A stretch of 64,000 nt of DNA from Chrysomallon squamiferum (lineage: Eukaryota; Animalia; Mollusca). Each line of letters begins with the position of its first letter. The first letter of the stretch is position 1. Positions 13,735-30,697 of the stretch are shown here, piece after piece. Under the pieces are notes generated by a model, which worked only from the letters and a program-made list of their open reading frames with translations, was not told the DNA's origin and made no database searches. The DNA lies in assembly GCA_012295275.1 (NCBI GenBank), contig CM022676.1, positions 6,696,001-6,760,000 of the forward strand, in the 5' to 3' direction. The translations under genes and the position numbers were made by a program.

Positions 13735-14928
13735 GTCCTGTAAATTCATTTAATCTGGATTCGAACCCAGAACGTCCAAGACTAGCAATGACTTATACCA
13801 GTCAGTCTAGTTCACATAAAATAACATTTTTATTTCATTTATTATGCATCTCCCAATTAGCGCCTCATAGTGACCTAATTTTCCGCAACTGTCGAAGCCG
13901 ACAACAAACAAGGCCTAGGTAAGCTATTTCATTTTTATTATCGTACGAATAATTACTACCTTTTTATTTTTCCTATTACGACCCAAGCACACTCATAGTT
14001 TTAGACAGAGTAAGATGGGCGCCAGATAAAGTGAAACTGGACCCTTCACTTTATTAAATTTAAAAAAAAAGAAGAAGAAAGCGCCTATGTAATATATAAC
14101 CTTAGCGATATGTTGAAGGAAATTCGAATAGGAAAACGTATTTCCGTAACAAACCTTTTTAAGCTTGCGGTAAGGTTTATAATGTTGAGAAAGATCGTGC
14201 AGTTTTTTTGTTTTTTAAAAATTTTTTAACTGTGAACGTTTAAACAAAAATGTCCACCCCCACTGACATTAATTTGCTATGGCAACAGACATATTTACAA
14301 ATGACTGTTACGTCAGACGTAAGGTGACATTATCTTTCACTATTGATATTCGTTTTGCAGTGACAAATAAAATACAGTGGGTATTTTATACACCTGGGTT
14401 GATAATAAAATGTATTCTCCATGCACAAACAAAACAACACACGTAGATATGTAATAATAACGAGTAGTGCATTAAATAACAATAATGATAATAATTCATT
14501 AACGGTGGTGATATATTGTGAAAAATAAACAAATGTACGGTTGTTTAATCAATAGTGTGAGCGTTTCGCTTGAATAACGCAAACTATGTATCTGTTTGAG
14601 GCATGAATCGACAGAATTAATGTTATTGTAAACTATATCGGGGGCCTTTTTAGGGGTTTGTTTTCTGTCAGTTTTAAAATGTTTGAAAAGTTTTTTTAAT
14701 GATGTAATTATTTCTTTCGGTCCATGATTTTTTTTTTCTTTATTCTTCGTTTCTTTATTCTTCTTTACTGTTATTTTATTTGTTTATTTCCCCATTTCTT
14801 CAATTTAATTATTTATTTATCTGTTTATTTACTATTTTACTGTTTTACGTAACTTAGTTATTATTATTATTTTTTTTTTATTATTACTATTATTTTATTT
14901 AATTTGTTCATTTTTCCATCTCATCAGT

Positions 14929-14963
<35 letters not shown>

Positions 14964-14985
14964 TTTTAGATTCGAGCCAACAAAT

Positions 14986-17322
<2,337 letters not shown>

Positions 17323-17754
17323 AGAAAAGCAGACGTCAGTTTATAAGATGCAGATTTAAATGGATTTTTTGTTTTTGTTTCAGTAACTATTGCATTTTCT
17401 CAATTGCCATTTAGCTTGAAACTAATTTATTTACCACTGATTTTATCTCACCTTGTACACCTCAGATTTTTTTAATAGATTTACATCATTACTTATAATA
17501 TACGAACGGTGGAGCATTATTTGGAACTGGAAATAACTAGATTATGGAACCCATGAAAATATGTAACTTATCATCAATTGATATTTGTTTACAGGCAAAA
17601 ATCTTAACAGATTTTTTTCATGCTGAATAAGTAACTATTCTTATTTTTCTTTCTTTCGTTTCTTTTTCTTCTTAAAGTAATTAATTAATTAATTATTTAT
17701 TTTTCGTTTCTTTTTTTCATTTTTGTTTTAGATTTAGATTTTTTATTTTTTTTT

Positions 17755-17791
<37 letters not shown>

Positions 17792-18298
17792 TTTTTTTTT
17801 TTTTTACAAGTGGCTAATGGAGTAATGACTTTTTGCGTGGCTCATTCTGATGAATACATGGCTAATAAAATGATTTTGCTTCTCTAATTTGTAAATACAT
17901 GTGTGCGCGTGTGTGGAATTTTATTATTATTATAGTTTATTTTATTTTATTATTATTTTTTTTTTAAATTTGTTACTTTGTAGGAACAATTTTGAAATTC
18001 TTTATAATGGTGCATACTATATTATTTATAATATTTATAATGTAATTTTTATATTGACTTGTAGATTATATTTCAGAACGAATGTATGCATAATATATTA
18101 TTAATATTATTATTGTTATTGTTATCATTGTTATTTATTATTACTGTTATTTATTATTATTATTATTATTATTGTTAATATTCATTCATTCATTCTTTTT
18201 TATTATTTTTATTTTGATCCTTACTTACATATCAAGTATTAGTTTGATCTCATCTTAAAATATTAACGCTAAATTAAGATACTTGTATAATTTATTTA

Positions 18299-18352
<54 letters not shown>

Positions 18353-19787
18353 ATTGTAAATATTCAGCATTTTGTGTATTTAACATATCAAGAGATATCG
18401 AAATTAATTTATCTGTTTACATGTATGTTCATACATTTTGGGGCTATTTATATTAATTTATTTTAATGAATTTTGGCCTTGTATTAATATTAGGTAATCA
18501 TTTTGGAAATTAATTTTTTAAGATGTACTTTTGGTGATCCCCGAAAATAGTCTAAATGTTTTCTGATGCTTCGTTTTTGGGTGTGTTTTTTTTCTGTTTA
18601 TATGGGCACTAAAACTCTATGGGCACTGCCATTTTCATATAATCGTGACGTCATCACTGATAGAAAATATTTTCTATGGTTATAATAAAAATAAACAATT
18701 AGACCGCCGTTATCGCCATGACGTCATGACTACAGAAGTATAGGGGTAAAATGGCGGCACTGTCTAAATGTCATACTTTTACTATGAACGATGAAGAAAG
18801 CTTGTGTATATGTGAGTGTCTTTGAACTTACTTTGTTTGTATGCTTTTTCCCTAGTCAGATGCTCAATAAAATATTTATTTTTGGACTTCATATTTTTTT
18901 TGTTTTTTTGTTTTTTTTATTAATTAAATTAAATTTATTTATTTATTTAATTCATAAAATATAACAACAATAATAATAACAATAGTGAAACACCGACTCC
19001 AAATAAAAAAAAAATAATTAAATAAATAACAAATAGATAAAGGTAAAAAAAAAAAAAAAAAAAAAATGATAAGCCCTAAATTTATTTACTATACTAATAC
19101 TACAGCTACTACTACTACTACTACTACTACTACTAATAAATAGCAAGCAAAAACTGCTTTGCATGTGTCCTAATTTTAGGCCCTATCATTCAGATCATCA
19201 CTATATTACTTCCGGTGTACAAATACAAATTAATGGGGGAAAAAAAATGTAAATATTTAAATATTCTTTTGGAGATTTAAATTAATTTTGTATAAGTCTA
19301 GTTCCTGCCGAGATGAAAATAGGGTATGTTGTCTTGGTAACGTCTAGAATTTAAAAACAGGTGCGGGATAATCAAACTGAATTCTTCAAGCCATCACAGA
19401 CATGAAATGATTAACGTCAGATAAAAGATAGTTACGTATACTTGTAATTAACATAAAATAATGAAATAATTATATTACAATTAATATTTTGTTGTCAACA
19501 GGTCATCGTATAAGTTAACTACACTGTATATTAATAATAGCAATGCTAACCAGTTTATTACTAATTTTTGTTTTTTTCTTCAGAAATGGTAAATTCTCAA
19601 CCTCAGAATGTTATTTTAATTTATTATGTGTATACAAACAGAATGAGACCATATATATATATAGTTTATTTTGTTTGGGGAATGCCTTATAAATACGTAA
19701 TTAAAAATCCGAAAACAGAAATATGTAAATAGGTAAAAATGACAACTAAATGTTGAAAAAATATCGTAAACTCCTCTCAACTATTGT

Positions 19788-19824
<37 letters not shown>

Positions 19825-20106
19825 AGAATTCTAATATAATTATAAAAAGAATAAATTTCTATAAAACTTACAAACTGTATTTACTTAATAATATATATAT
19901 ATATATTAAACTGTGCAGACATCAAAAAAGAAGGAAGGAGTCCAGATTTCTGAATACATTCTAAAATTAATTATTATTATAGTTGTTGTTTCTATTACTA
20001 TCATCATCATCATCATCATTACTGTTATTATTATTATTATTATTATTGTAATTATTAATCATCATCATCATCACCCCATCATTATTTTTATTACCATTAT
20101 TACTGT

Positions 20107-20137
<31 letters not shown>

Positions 20138-20286
20138 AATTATTGTTATTGTTATTATTATTATTATTATTAAATTTATATTCAAGATTCAAACTTCCTT
20201 AAATATATCTGCTCTATTTGTTATTACATAATAACATCTAAATTCCTTACTTACTTACTACTCTCTTCAGATCTGAACCAGGAGCT

Positions 20287-20752
20287 ATGTGTCTTGTGAT
20301 TATAAGCCATTACCTCTTACAACCCGTAATTCTTTTCTTGTTCCTCGATACACTTTATGCAGAGATTCCAGTCTACAAACAAGTCAATATCACTTGTTGT
20401 AAGGGAAGTGATGTGAATATTAGTCTGTATGATGACATCAAGGGCGAATCTGTCAAAGAGATAGCATGGAGCAAAGGTACTGACCTTTACCTTTCGTTCT
20501 GGAATGGGAGTACATTCTCAGGAATACCTGATAGCTATAAAAATAAAATAAGACCATTTAAAAACGGCTCACTCATTCTGAAATCCTGCCAGATGTCTGA
20601 TGTTTCTGTGTACAGAATTGAACTATTGACTGAACATAAAAAGACAAAGTACCGGATTAAACGCTTGGCTAAAGCAAATCTGAGCGTGGTAGATTGGAGT
20701 ATGTATGCTTTATGACATATTATTACATTGCTCTGTGTCAGTACCGTTATTC

Positions 20753-20843
<91 letters not shown>

Positions 20844-22981
20844 CTCGTTTTTTATTATTTTGTTTAAAGTTTATAATGGTACTTCTTTACCAGAAGTTAA
20901 AAGCAACATGCACACCTTACTCATCACTACCATCACCATTATTATCACCTCCACAAGCACCATTTGTTAACTGCAGACGTCAACATTTTAGATTACTAAA
21001 CTATTTGTAAAAGTGCAGTTAGTACAAAAAACAGTGGACAAATTCCAAATAGGAAATGCAAAACAACCACCATCAACATTACAGTCTCATCCACATCCAT
21101 CATGTGTCAGACACGAAGATTAACATTTTAGATATTAGAAGTGCAGTTTGTATGAATACTAGCAGAGGACTAATTCTCATCACGAGATGTAATTGTCTTG
21201 TTGTTTTGAAGGACTTAACAATATTTAAATAATAAATACCTTAGATAGGAAGTCAGATTTTCCTGACAGTTAACATGGTGTTGAGATCTCTCTGTGAATG
21301 GGGAAAAAAAAGTTTAATTATCAAGATCAGCATAATGTAGAATAAGAACTGGAGATCCATCTGTTTTTTTACAGATTCATCTTCTGGTTAAGGCGAAAAT
21401 GAAGTTACAAAACCATATTTATCTGGCAACTTTGGGACAGGAAGAATTATGGTTTTGTGGATTTGTTAGTTTTGTGAATACAGATGAAATCTTTACTGAA
21501 AATATAAAAAATGAAAAAACAAAAATGAAAAAATGAAAAAAGATAATAAAATGAAACTGTATTTAACAGATACAAATTAGTACATTTCTAAAGCAAGGTC
21601 TGTTTCATATTTATTAATTCACTTAAAAGTTTTACCGTAACTGCATAGAATATGATTGACATTAGCATGTTGTATTTCTGCTGGTCTTTTTTTAGAAAAT
21701 AATAAATGAAAATAAGAGTGGATCATTTGTACAAAGTATCAGTCCTCATTTGAATTGGCATAAACTGAGTGCAGCATATTCACAAGTAGCCAGTTTAAGA
21801 ATAGCTGGATTCCTGGAAGCTGGATAAGTGGTTTGGTACTTGTATCAATATCATGTTACCAGTGAAAATTACTTGGAGCAGATTACCTTATTTAAACATA
21901 TATTTTTTTTAATTTTAGAAATAGGACAAGAAGCTATAAAATTATGTATAAACAAATGAACATTTCAGTACATAGTTATGTTCAGTGAATAAAATCAGTG
22001 ATGAATATAAACAAGAACCAATCAATGGTGTCATTAGCCCTAAATGGAAGTCAGAGGTAAATTATCCTTGTAGTTCTGTAAACTAATCCTGAATGCACAG
22101 ACTAGTTTATATTCTGTCTCTTTGGTCAAGGTTGTTTTTTAATGTTCTTGTAATTTTTTCTTTAATTTCCACCTTTCTATCAAGAGGCTCCAGCTGGAAA
22201 AATTTATCAAGCTGAAAAGGGCACCAAATATAAAAACTGTGAAGAATTTCGTTGTTTCGAAGGTCTGACTTTTCTGGGAGAACCACCAGTAGATTTTGAG
22301 TGGGAGGTAGATAATTAGGTTTTAAATGTTACTGTGTTTTGTCCTGTGTTACTACCTTATGTTATTTTATCTAATTTTGTTATTAGTTTACATTATCTTC
22401 TTCTTGTTATGTTAGGTTGCGTAACATTGTGTTTATATTATGTTACATTATGGTGTGTTGTATCATTTGATATTTATGGAATATTAAGTAATGCTATGCT
22501 ATGTTATATTATGTTATGTTGTATTGTGTTGTGGTATGTTTCATTATATATTTTGTTAAATAATATTGCCTTTCTTTTCTTATGTTATGTTATGCTGTCT
22601 CTTGTTATATCATTTTCACAATACTGTTTACAGTAATTTACTAAGTGTGTATGTTTATAGATTATGCATTTGTTTATTTGTCTGTTTGACTGTTTGTTTG
22701 TTTTATTTACTTTTTTCTTTGTTTGTTTGTGTCTTTGATTGTTTATCGGTTAATTCATTCATGATTTATTCATTCGCTTTATTGTTAGAATGAAGGTATA
22801 TTAATCAAGGGCAGCATAAAACATAACTTTGGTTACATGTTGGTCTGTCCTAGAAATCGAACAGGAGATTTCACTTGTCGACTGACTGGGGTCGCATTGA
22901 ACTGTCTACCACCACATAGTGATCTCAAGAAAACCATGGTGTTTCATATTTCATCATTACTAGAAGGTAATGATTTATAAT

Positions 22982-23069
<88 letters not shown>

Positions 23070-23106
23070 ATGAAGTTTATTACTATTGTTCTTGTTCTTA
23101 TTGTTA

Positions 23107-23186
<80 letters not shown>

Positions 23187-24083
23187 TCAGATATTAAAAG
23201 TCTAAGTTTTCTCATTATCATGCTGATTGGTGTTATTACACTGCTTTCATTGGGAATTTTTGTTTTCATGCGGCAAAATCGGAATAAATCAGGTCTTTCT
23301 CTCTGTGTGTCTCTGTCTTTTCCTGTGCTTGTCTCTTGCTGCCTCTGTCTCTCTGTCTGTCTCTCTGTTTGTCTCTCTATATCTCTCCCTGCCTCTCTCT
23401 GCCTCTCTTTCTGTGCCTCTGTTTCTCTTACAATCTCTCTCTCTGTGCATGTGTCTCTCTCTGACATTTATCTCTCTCTCCTCTGTCTTCTCTCTCTCTG
23501 TCTCTGTTTTTCTCTCTGTTTGTTTCTCTCTGTTTTTCTCTCTCTGTTTATATATCTGTTTTTCTATTTATCTGTGTGTCTATTTATATGTCTATCTCTC
23601 TCTATGCATGCATATGTATATATGTAACTCCTCTCTCTTTACCTTTTATTCATCTCTTCTCTCTATCTCTCTATCTCTCTTCTTTCATTCATTCTTTTAT
23701 TCTTCATATCTTCCATCTTTGTCTCGTTGTAAGTGAAACACAGAATACTAGTGTGAATCCATAACTCACTGATTCAGTTTTAAGACATTATTGTTTGAGT
23801 CAGAATTTAGCTCACAGGGGTAATTTTTTTTTTTTTATATATTCTTTTTATTCCTATGGAATGGCAAGCTCTGACCCCCCAGTACTATGGCTTAATGGAA
23901 TGTTTTTGTGCTGAAGAAAGCTTTCATCTTTTAGAATATCTCTCTCTCTCTCACCTTCTTTCAGTTTTTAGATTGAAGTAATGGTGTGGTAATAACCTAT
24001 TCCATATTACAACTAGTCACATAATACCATACTTCCTCATATATATATATAATTTTTTTTTATTTGATCCTTTTTGATACAAT

Positions 24084-24125
<42 letters not shown>

Positions 24126-24174
24126 CTTGATCTTGCTTACAGATGACAAACAAAAATTGACTGGAAATAGATAG
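20287..24174 (+). CDS. Ig-domain single-pass receptor B (281 aa from this ATG); exons 20287-20698, 22185-22306, 22789-22966, 23191-23292, 24143-24174
   Basis: Same exon layout and phases as A. V-like domain (EIAW...YKNKIRPFKNGSLILKSCQMSDVSVYRI); CEEFRCF..LGEPPVDFEWE / GDFTCRLTG..CL; TM LSFLIIMLIGVITLLSLGIFVFM; short tail RQNRNKS-DDKQKLTGNR*. Possible upstream mini-exon ATGAAAATAGG|gt at 19313-19323. Confidence 0.82.
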
Positions 24175-24749
24175 GTGTAAACAAAAACAGAAGTCAGATC
24201 TAACATTAAAAACTTACGATATATGCCTGTGTTTGGATCATCATGACATCAGCAACAATAACAACAACAACTACTACTTCTACTACTAATACTACTAATA
24301 CTACTGCTACTATTGGTACTACTACTACTTTTATTGTTCTACTGATGCTACAACTAGTTTTGTTACTAATACAATTACTACTTTTACCACTACATCTACT
24401 GTTACTACTAGTTTGACTACCTTTATCATAATTACAACTACTACTACTCAACTAAATATTACCAGACCTTTATTACTATCATTACTATCACTTTTAATAA
24501 TACTACTGCTATTGCTGCAACAACCACAACTACTACGTCTTTCTATTTTAGTATTTATATATGTATAATTTTATTTTAAATCTTGAATTTCACCATTGTT
24601 GTCTTATTTTTTGTAAGTATTTTACTATGAAATGCAGGTACAATAAAACTTTTACGTAATAGAATTGTTGTTTTTTTAGTAAAAAATAATAATAATTTAT
24701 TTATTAATATAATCTCACTATTGCTCTTGGTTTTATATTAAAATTAATT

Positions 24750-25100
24750 CATCAAAGAGCTTTTCATGTCAAAAGTTCGGTTCATGAAACGGCTTAATAA
24801 TGTCGAAGTTACAAATATTGATATTGAAGGAACGATTCTTCAAACAACTTATTAATGTCGGAAGGGTGGTTCATCAAATAGTTTATTAATGTCGAAATAA
24901 CGGTTTATGAAACGGCTTATTAATGTCGGAAGAGCGGTTCATGAAATAGTTTATTAATGTCGAAAGAACGAATAATCAAACAGCTTATTAATATGGAAAG
25001 GACGGTTCAGAAACAGCTTATTAATGTCGGAAAAATGGTTCATCAAATAGCTTATTAATGTCGAAAGGACGGTTCTACAAACAGCTTATTAATGTGGGAA
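24750..25100. repeat. 34-bp minisatellite (~10 degenerate copies)
   Basis: Consensus ~GGTTCATCAAATAGCTTATTAATGTCGAAAGAAC. The ttattaat core recurs at 24849, 24883, 24917, 24951, 24985, 25018, 25052 and 25086. Confidence 0.9.
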
Positions 25101-27184
25101 AGATGGTTGATTACTGATTTCAATTCTGACTGTGTATGTGTGCTTGTGCGTCTGTGCCTCTTAGATTTCACTTTAGATATTTCTGTGTGTATGTGTGTGT
25201 ATATATATATTTATATGCATGTTATATTAATGATAAGATTAATTATATTACTACTATTCTACTACTGCTGCTGCTGCTGCTGCTGTTAATAATAAATAAA
25301 TAAATAATCATAATAAACATGATAATGGTATTTATGTAATTATTTTGGTAATGTGTGATCCATTTCGTGTAAAGGTTCTTTGATGATAATGATGATGATG
25401 ATAATAAACAAACAAACAAAAAAACCAAAAAGGAATAAATTTTTTTTTAAAATATACAATTTGATCGATCATAGATGAATTTCTATGCATGTACTTTATT
25501 GAAAACGAATGACTTAATGTGTACGTCATTGCGTTTACACCATATTTCTAACAAACCAAGAACCTTATCCAGGTGGAAAAATACAGAAGAAAGTAAAACA
25601 AAAAACATTGTCATATCACTTCGAAGTTTTTATGCTAGATTTAACTTAAACGTGATTCATAAAACAACTTTGGACTAGTAGAATTAACTGTAATATCAGT
25701 CTTTAGTTATATTGATTGTTTGGGATGTGGGTGCTTGTTATAGAACCCACTGACAAATAATAATTGCAAAAAAACAACAAAAAAAAACCGAGGGACCATG
25801 CGCAGTCAGTCTTTCACGAGGAATATCATTTTGCAAGAGATCTCGCAGGAATGATATTAGGGATGTTGCCAGCAAGATTTCTGAGACTGACTCCTTCTTT
25901 TGGAAAAGTCAGTTGTCAAAATCAGTCTGAAGGGTAAATAATTAAAAAAAAAAAAAAACATTTTCGAAAGAACAGTTCATCAAATAGCTTATTAATGTCG
26001 AAAGAACGAGGGTGTAGCAATAATATTAATTATTATTTCTACTACGACGACTACTACTACTACAACTACCTTTTACTACTATCTCTAATAACACGAGAAG
26101 TATTACTACTACCATTATTACTATCATGACAACTTCTGCTAGTATTATTGCTACCATTACTACTACTACTACTATTATCATTATTACTATTATTACTTAG
26201 TTAACCGTATAAGTAAAAGAATAAAAACACAGAGTAGAGAAAGATCAAGAACTCGGTACAAGGAAGATTTATTCTCAGGGAAGGTTAGTCGGACAAGACG
26301 GCATGTTCTAGCATGCTCCACGTCATATATTGTGGAATTTAAATGTGAAAATAATAAATAAAATGATGGAATATAATTTATAAAACAAGGAGAAGGGAAC
26401 ATTCCTTGATTTGTATCAAATTTTCGGAAGTCTGATTATTAATTTTTTCAATTAAAGCGATCGAACTGTGAGAAACAGTTCTGAAAGGAAATGTTTCGCA
26501 AAAAAAGTCCTTGTGTCTAATAATAAATACATAAATGAATACACTAATACTGCTAATAAATAAATAAATAAATAAATAAATGTTTGTAATTATATTGGTT
26601 TTCAGCCTTTCCACTGCACTGAAATTGTACTATGTCCTTAGGTAAATTTCCTGATACACTTATTTTGAAACGTATGATACATTTCGTTTAAAGTTTCTTT
26701 TATGATGATTACGATGATGATGATGATCTTGACGATAATGATGATGAAGGAATAAATCAAATTAAAATATACAGCTTGATCAATCATAGATGAATTTCAA
26801 AGAATGTGCTTTATTGAAAATAAATGACGTAATATGTGTACGAATGACGTAATTATAGCGTTTACACCTATTTTGATTATACGTCATCGTCTAATTTTAT
26901 CAAACCAACAATCTTATCCGGGGAAAAAAAAAAAAAAAAAAAGAAACGAAACAACAAACAGTCATATTTCATATCACTATATTCAGACATTTTCACCTGG
27001 ATTTAGCTTCTAAGAACAATTTTGGACTAGTAGAATTAACTGTAATATTACTCTTTAGTTATATTAACTGTTTGGGATGTGACTGCTTGTTATAGAACAC
27101 ACTGACAAATAAATAATAAAACCGAGGCACCATGCGCAGTCAGTCTTTCACGATGGATACCATTTTGCAAGAGATCTCGCAGGA

Positions 27185-28217
27185 ATGATATTAGGGATGT
27201 TGCCAGCAAGATTTCTGAGAGTGACTCCTTCTTTTGGAAAAGTCAGTTGTCAAAATCAATCTGACGGGTAAATAATTTGAAAGAAAATGACAACTAAAAA
27301 CAATAACAACAAACATATTAACTTTGTCAGATGATGTTAATAACAATGTTGGCATCAAACTGACGTCGAATCGATCACTGACAATATCTTGAATTTTGGT
27401 CAGTGCAAGAATCTTGTATGAATGTAATTGCTGTAATCAATCTCACTGTCTATTTGCCTGTCTGTCTGTTTATACATACATACAACACACATTGACGCAC
27501 ACGCGCACACACACATAATCCAACAACAACAACAACAACAATAATAATAATAAACAGTTATTAAAATTATATTAGCATTTATTTTTATTATTTTTTGTTT
27601 TTAGATCGTTTATATTTTCGAAATACTGAAACACTGATGCTTTATGATTGATAACAATTAAAACAGGCCCTATGACACACTCACACACATATTTACTATT
27701 CATTTATTCGTTTATTTCTCTATTTCTTTTTAGTGCTGTTTCTGTGACTCTGCAGCCTCCCTGGATTCACATTTATGACGTAGGATTTCTCGTTCTGATC
27801 ATTCTAATTTACGCGTGTCATTCGCTCAAAGTAACCCCAACGTCGGACGACATCGTCTGCTGCAAAGGAGACATGGCAATGTTTGACTGGCAACTTGTAC
27901 GACCGACATAAGCCTCGTTGTAATTCATATAGTATGGTCTAAAAACAACGTGATAATTTCCAAATGGGACGGCTTGTCGATTGAAGTAGTGGACACAGAG
28001 TTTGAAAATAGAGTACAACCGTTTACTAATGGGTCACTCATTTTAAAAGCTTGTCGTGTCGCAGACAGTGGGCGTTACGAAATTGAAATTACCGTGAAAA
28101 ATTTTGAAAACCAAAAGATGTATGATGTACAGTCTGCCATAGACTTACTCGTACCTGAATACGGTACGTAATGTATTGGATCAGTAAGTTGATGTGTAGA
28201 TTGATATCGGTAACTTG

Positions 28218-28299
<82 letters not shown>

Positions 28300-28357
28300 A
28301 TATACATATATACGTATATTTCTACAAACACATATGAACCCACAATAACAGCGATGG

Positions 28358-28405
<48 letters not shown>

Positions 28406-28454
28406 GTAATACTCCTCTGGTTTTTTCATCATCATCATCATCGTCATATTATTG

Positions 28455-28514
<60 letters not shown>

Positions 28515-28946
28515 TTTTTTTACAGAGATGCCTCGTAGACTAGGAAACAGACCGAGTGGTAGTACTAGAGTTTCTCTATGTCAAGAATTTCGTTGTTTTG
28601 ATGATCTGATATCTCTAGGAAGACCCCCTGTTCATTTTCTGTGGAAGGTAAAATATATTATATATATATCCTATTTATTTATTTATTTCATTTCATTTCA
28701 TTTTTTAATTTAATATCATTTTTTAATTAAATTTAATAATTTAAAAAAACTAAAATTATTTTATTTACTTTACTTTAATTGAATTTAATTTTATTTAATT
28801 TAATTTTTTAATTAATAAATACTTTATTATTATCAAACATAACTACCCAGTTTCCAAGGAAAAAGGTTACTACGAAACATGTATTTATTTTTCAATTTTT
28901 CAGTTCTTGATTATTACTACTACTACTACTACTACTGCTGCTGCTG

Positions 28947-28979
<33 letters not shown>

Positions 28980-29937
28980 ATATTCATAAAAAATTGTATT
29001 TATTTATTTGTTTTGTTTAATTTAATTTAATTTTATTTAATTTAATTATAATTTATTTATTTATTAATTTTGATAACATTTAATTAAAGGTTATAATATT
29101 ACACAACAGTAGTATTACATAACAGTTTATTATTTGATCTGATTAAACGAAATATAGTGACCTAGTATTCTACTGATTAAACTGCATTGCACTATATTTT
29201 GTATTGAGCAGTATCACTATTGTATTTGGTCTAGTAGCGTAAACCGTTACAGATATATGGTATTACACGTTACAGAGATTTTTATATTTTTGTTTATAAA
29301 TGACATAGTATGAATACACTGTTTATATTGTACTCTATTGTTTTGTAGTCTACTAAAGTGTATTTGTATATAGTGTTGTGTATTTTTAATAGTTTATTTT
29401 GATAAATTATATGCAGTAATGAAGTTGTACTATTTTTTGTACTATAGTGCATCGTATGCTAAACACGTTAGTAAATTTTTTGGGTTAAATACCAAAAATA
29501 TACTGCATTGTGCTGTTGCTCTCTTTTGTATTGTAATTGTGTTGTATTGAATTATGTATTATTATATTATGTTCTGTTATGGTTTATTGTGTTGTGTTGT
29601 GTTATATTGCATTGTATTGAACTGCACTATGTTGTTTTGTGTATTTTGTTGTGTTGTGTTGTATTGTACTGTAATGTGTTGTGTTATATTATATTGCCTT
29701 GTATTGTATTATATTATGTTGTGTTGTGGTGTATTGTATTGTAATGTATTGTGTTACATTGTATTGTACTGTGTTGTGTTGTGTTTCCTTGTGTTGCATT
29801 GTATTATATTGTATTATATTTTTGACAATTTAATATTTTATATTGTTAAATGATATACACTAAAGCTATATTTTATGGTATGTAATAGAATTTTATGTTA
29901 AGCAATACATACAAAAAATTATACTACTTGTACTACA

Positions 29938-29976
<39 letters not shown>

Positions 29977-30057
29977 GCCGCTGCTGCTACTATTAGTCTA
30001 CTACTACTTTTATTGTTACTTCTACTGATGCTAATAAAATTACTACTTTCACTAGGC

Positions 30058-30126
<69 letters not shown>

Positions 30127-30142
30127 ATAATAATAATAATAA

Positions 30143-30173
<31 letters not shown>

Positions 30174-30490
30174 AAATATATAAATATATAAATAAATATA
30201 AGAAAAATAAAATAGAATAAAAATCTCTGTTGTCTAATGTTATGCTGTTGCCAGGTGAACGACAAACCAATCAATGGTACCAGAAAAGGTAACTACAGCT
30301 ACGTGGTGGTATGTGAAGGCAACGACACTGGGACGGTGTCGTGTCGACTGACCGGGGAGTCACTGCTCTGCCTGAAGCCTGACGATCCTCTACTGAAAAT
30401 ACTTAGATTTCAGTCTAATGCAACGGTGGAACATGGCTGTATGTAATATAATGATTTAATCTAATTACTTGTTAACCGTTATACTAGTCC

Positions 30491-30559
<69 letters not shown>

Positions 30560-30603
30560 AAAGGCTCTCTCTCCTTTTCTGTTGCTGTAGCATCTTATGT
30601 CAC

Positions 30604-30697
<94 letters not shown>

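Noticed and set aside
13757-13812. tRNA gene candidates from B-box motifs (GGTTCGAATCC on the minus strand here; also ~11817-11835 and ~9100)
   Set aside because: No cloverleaf or acceptor stem can be formed; at best SINE remnants.
24750-25100. 34-bp repeats as a CRISPR array
   Set aside because: Head-to-tail degenerate units with no unique spacers, no cas genes, eukaryotic intron-containing context.
29508-29853. Cys-rich ORFs (metallothionein/keratin-like); also 37257-37602 and 44969-45169
   Set aside because: Pentanucleotide satellite in an intron.
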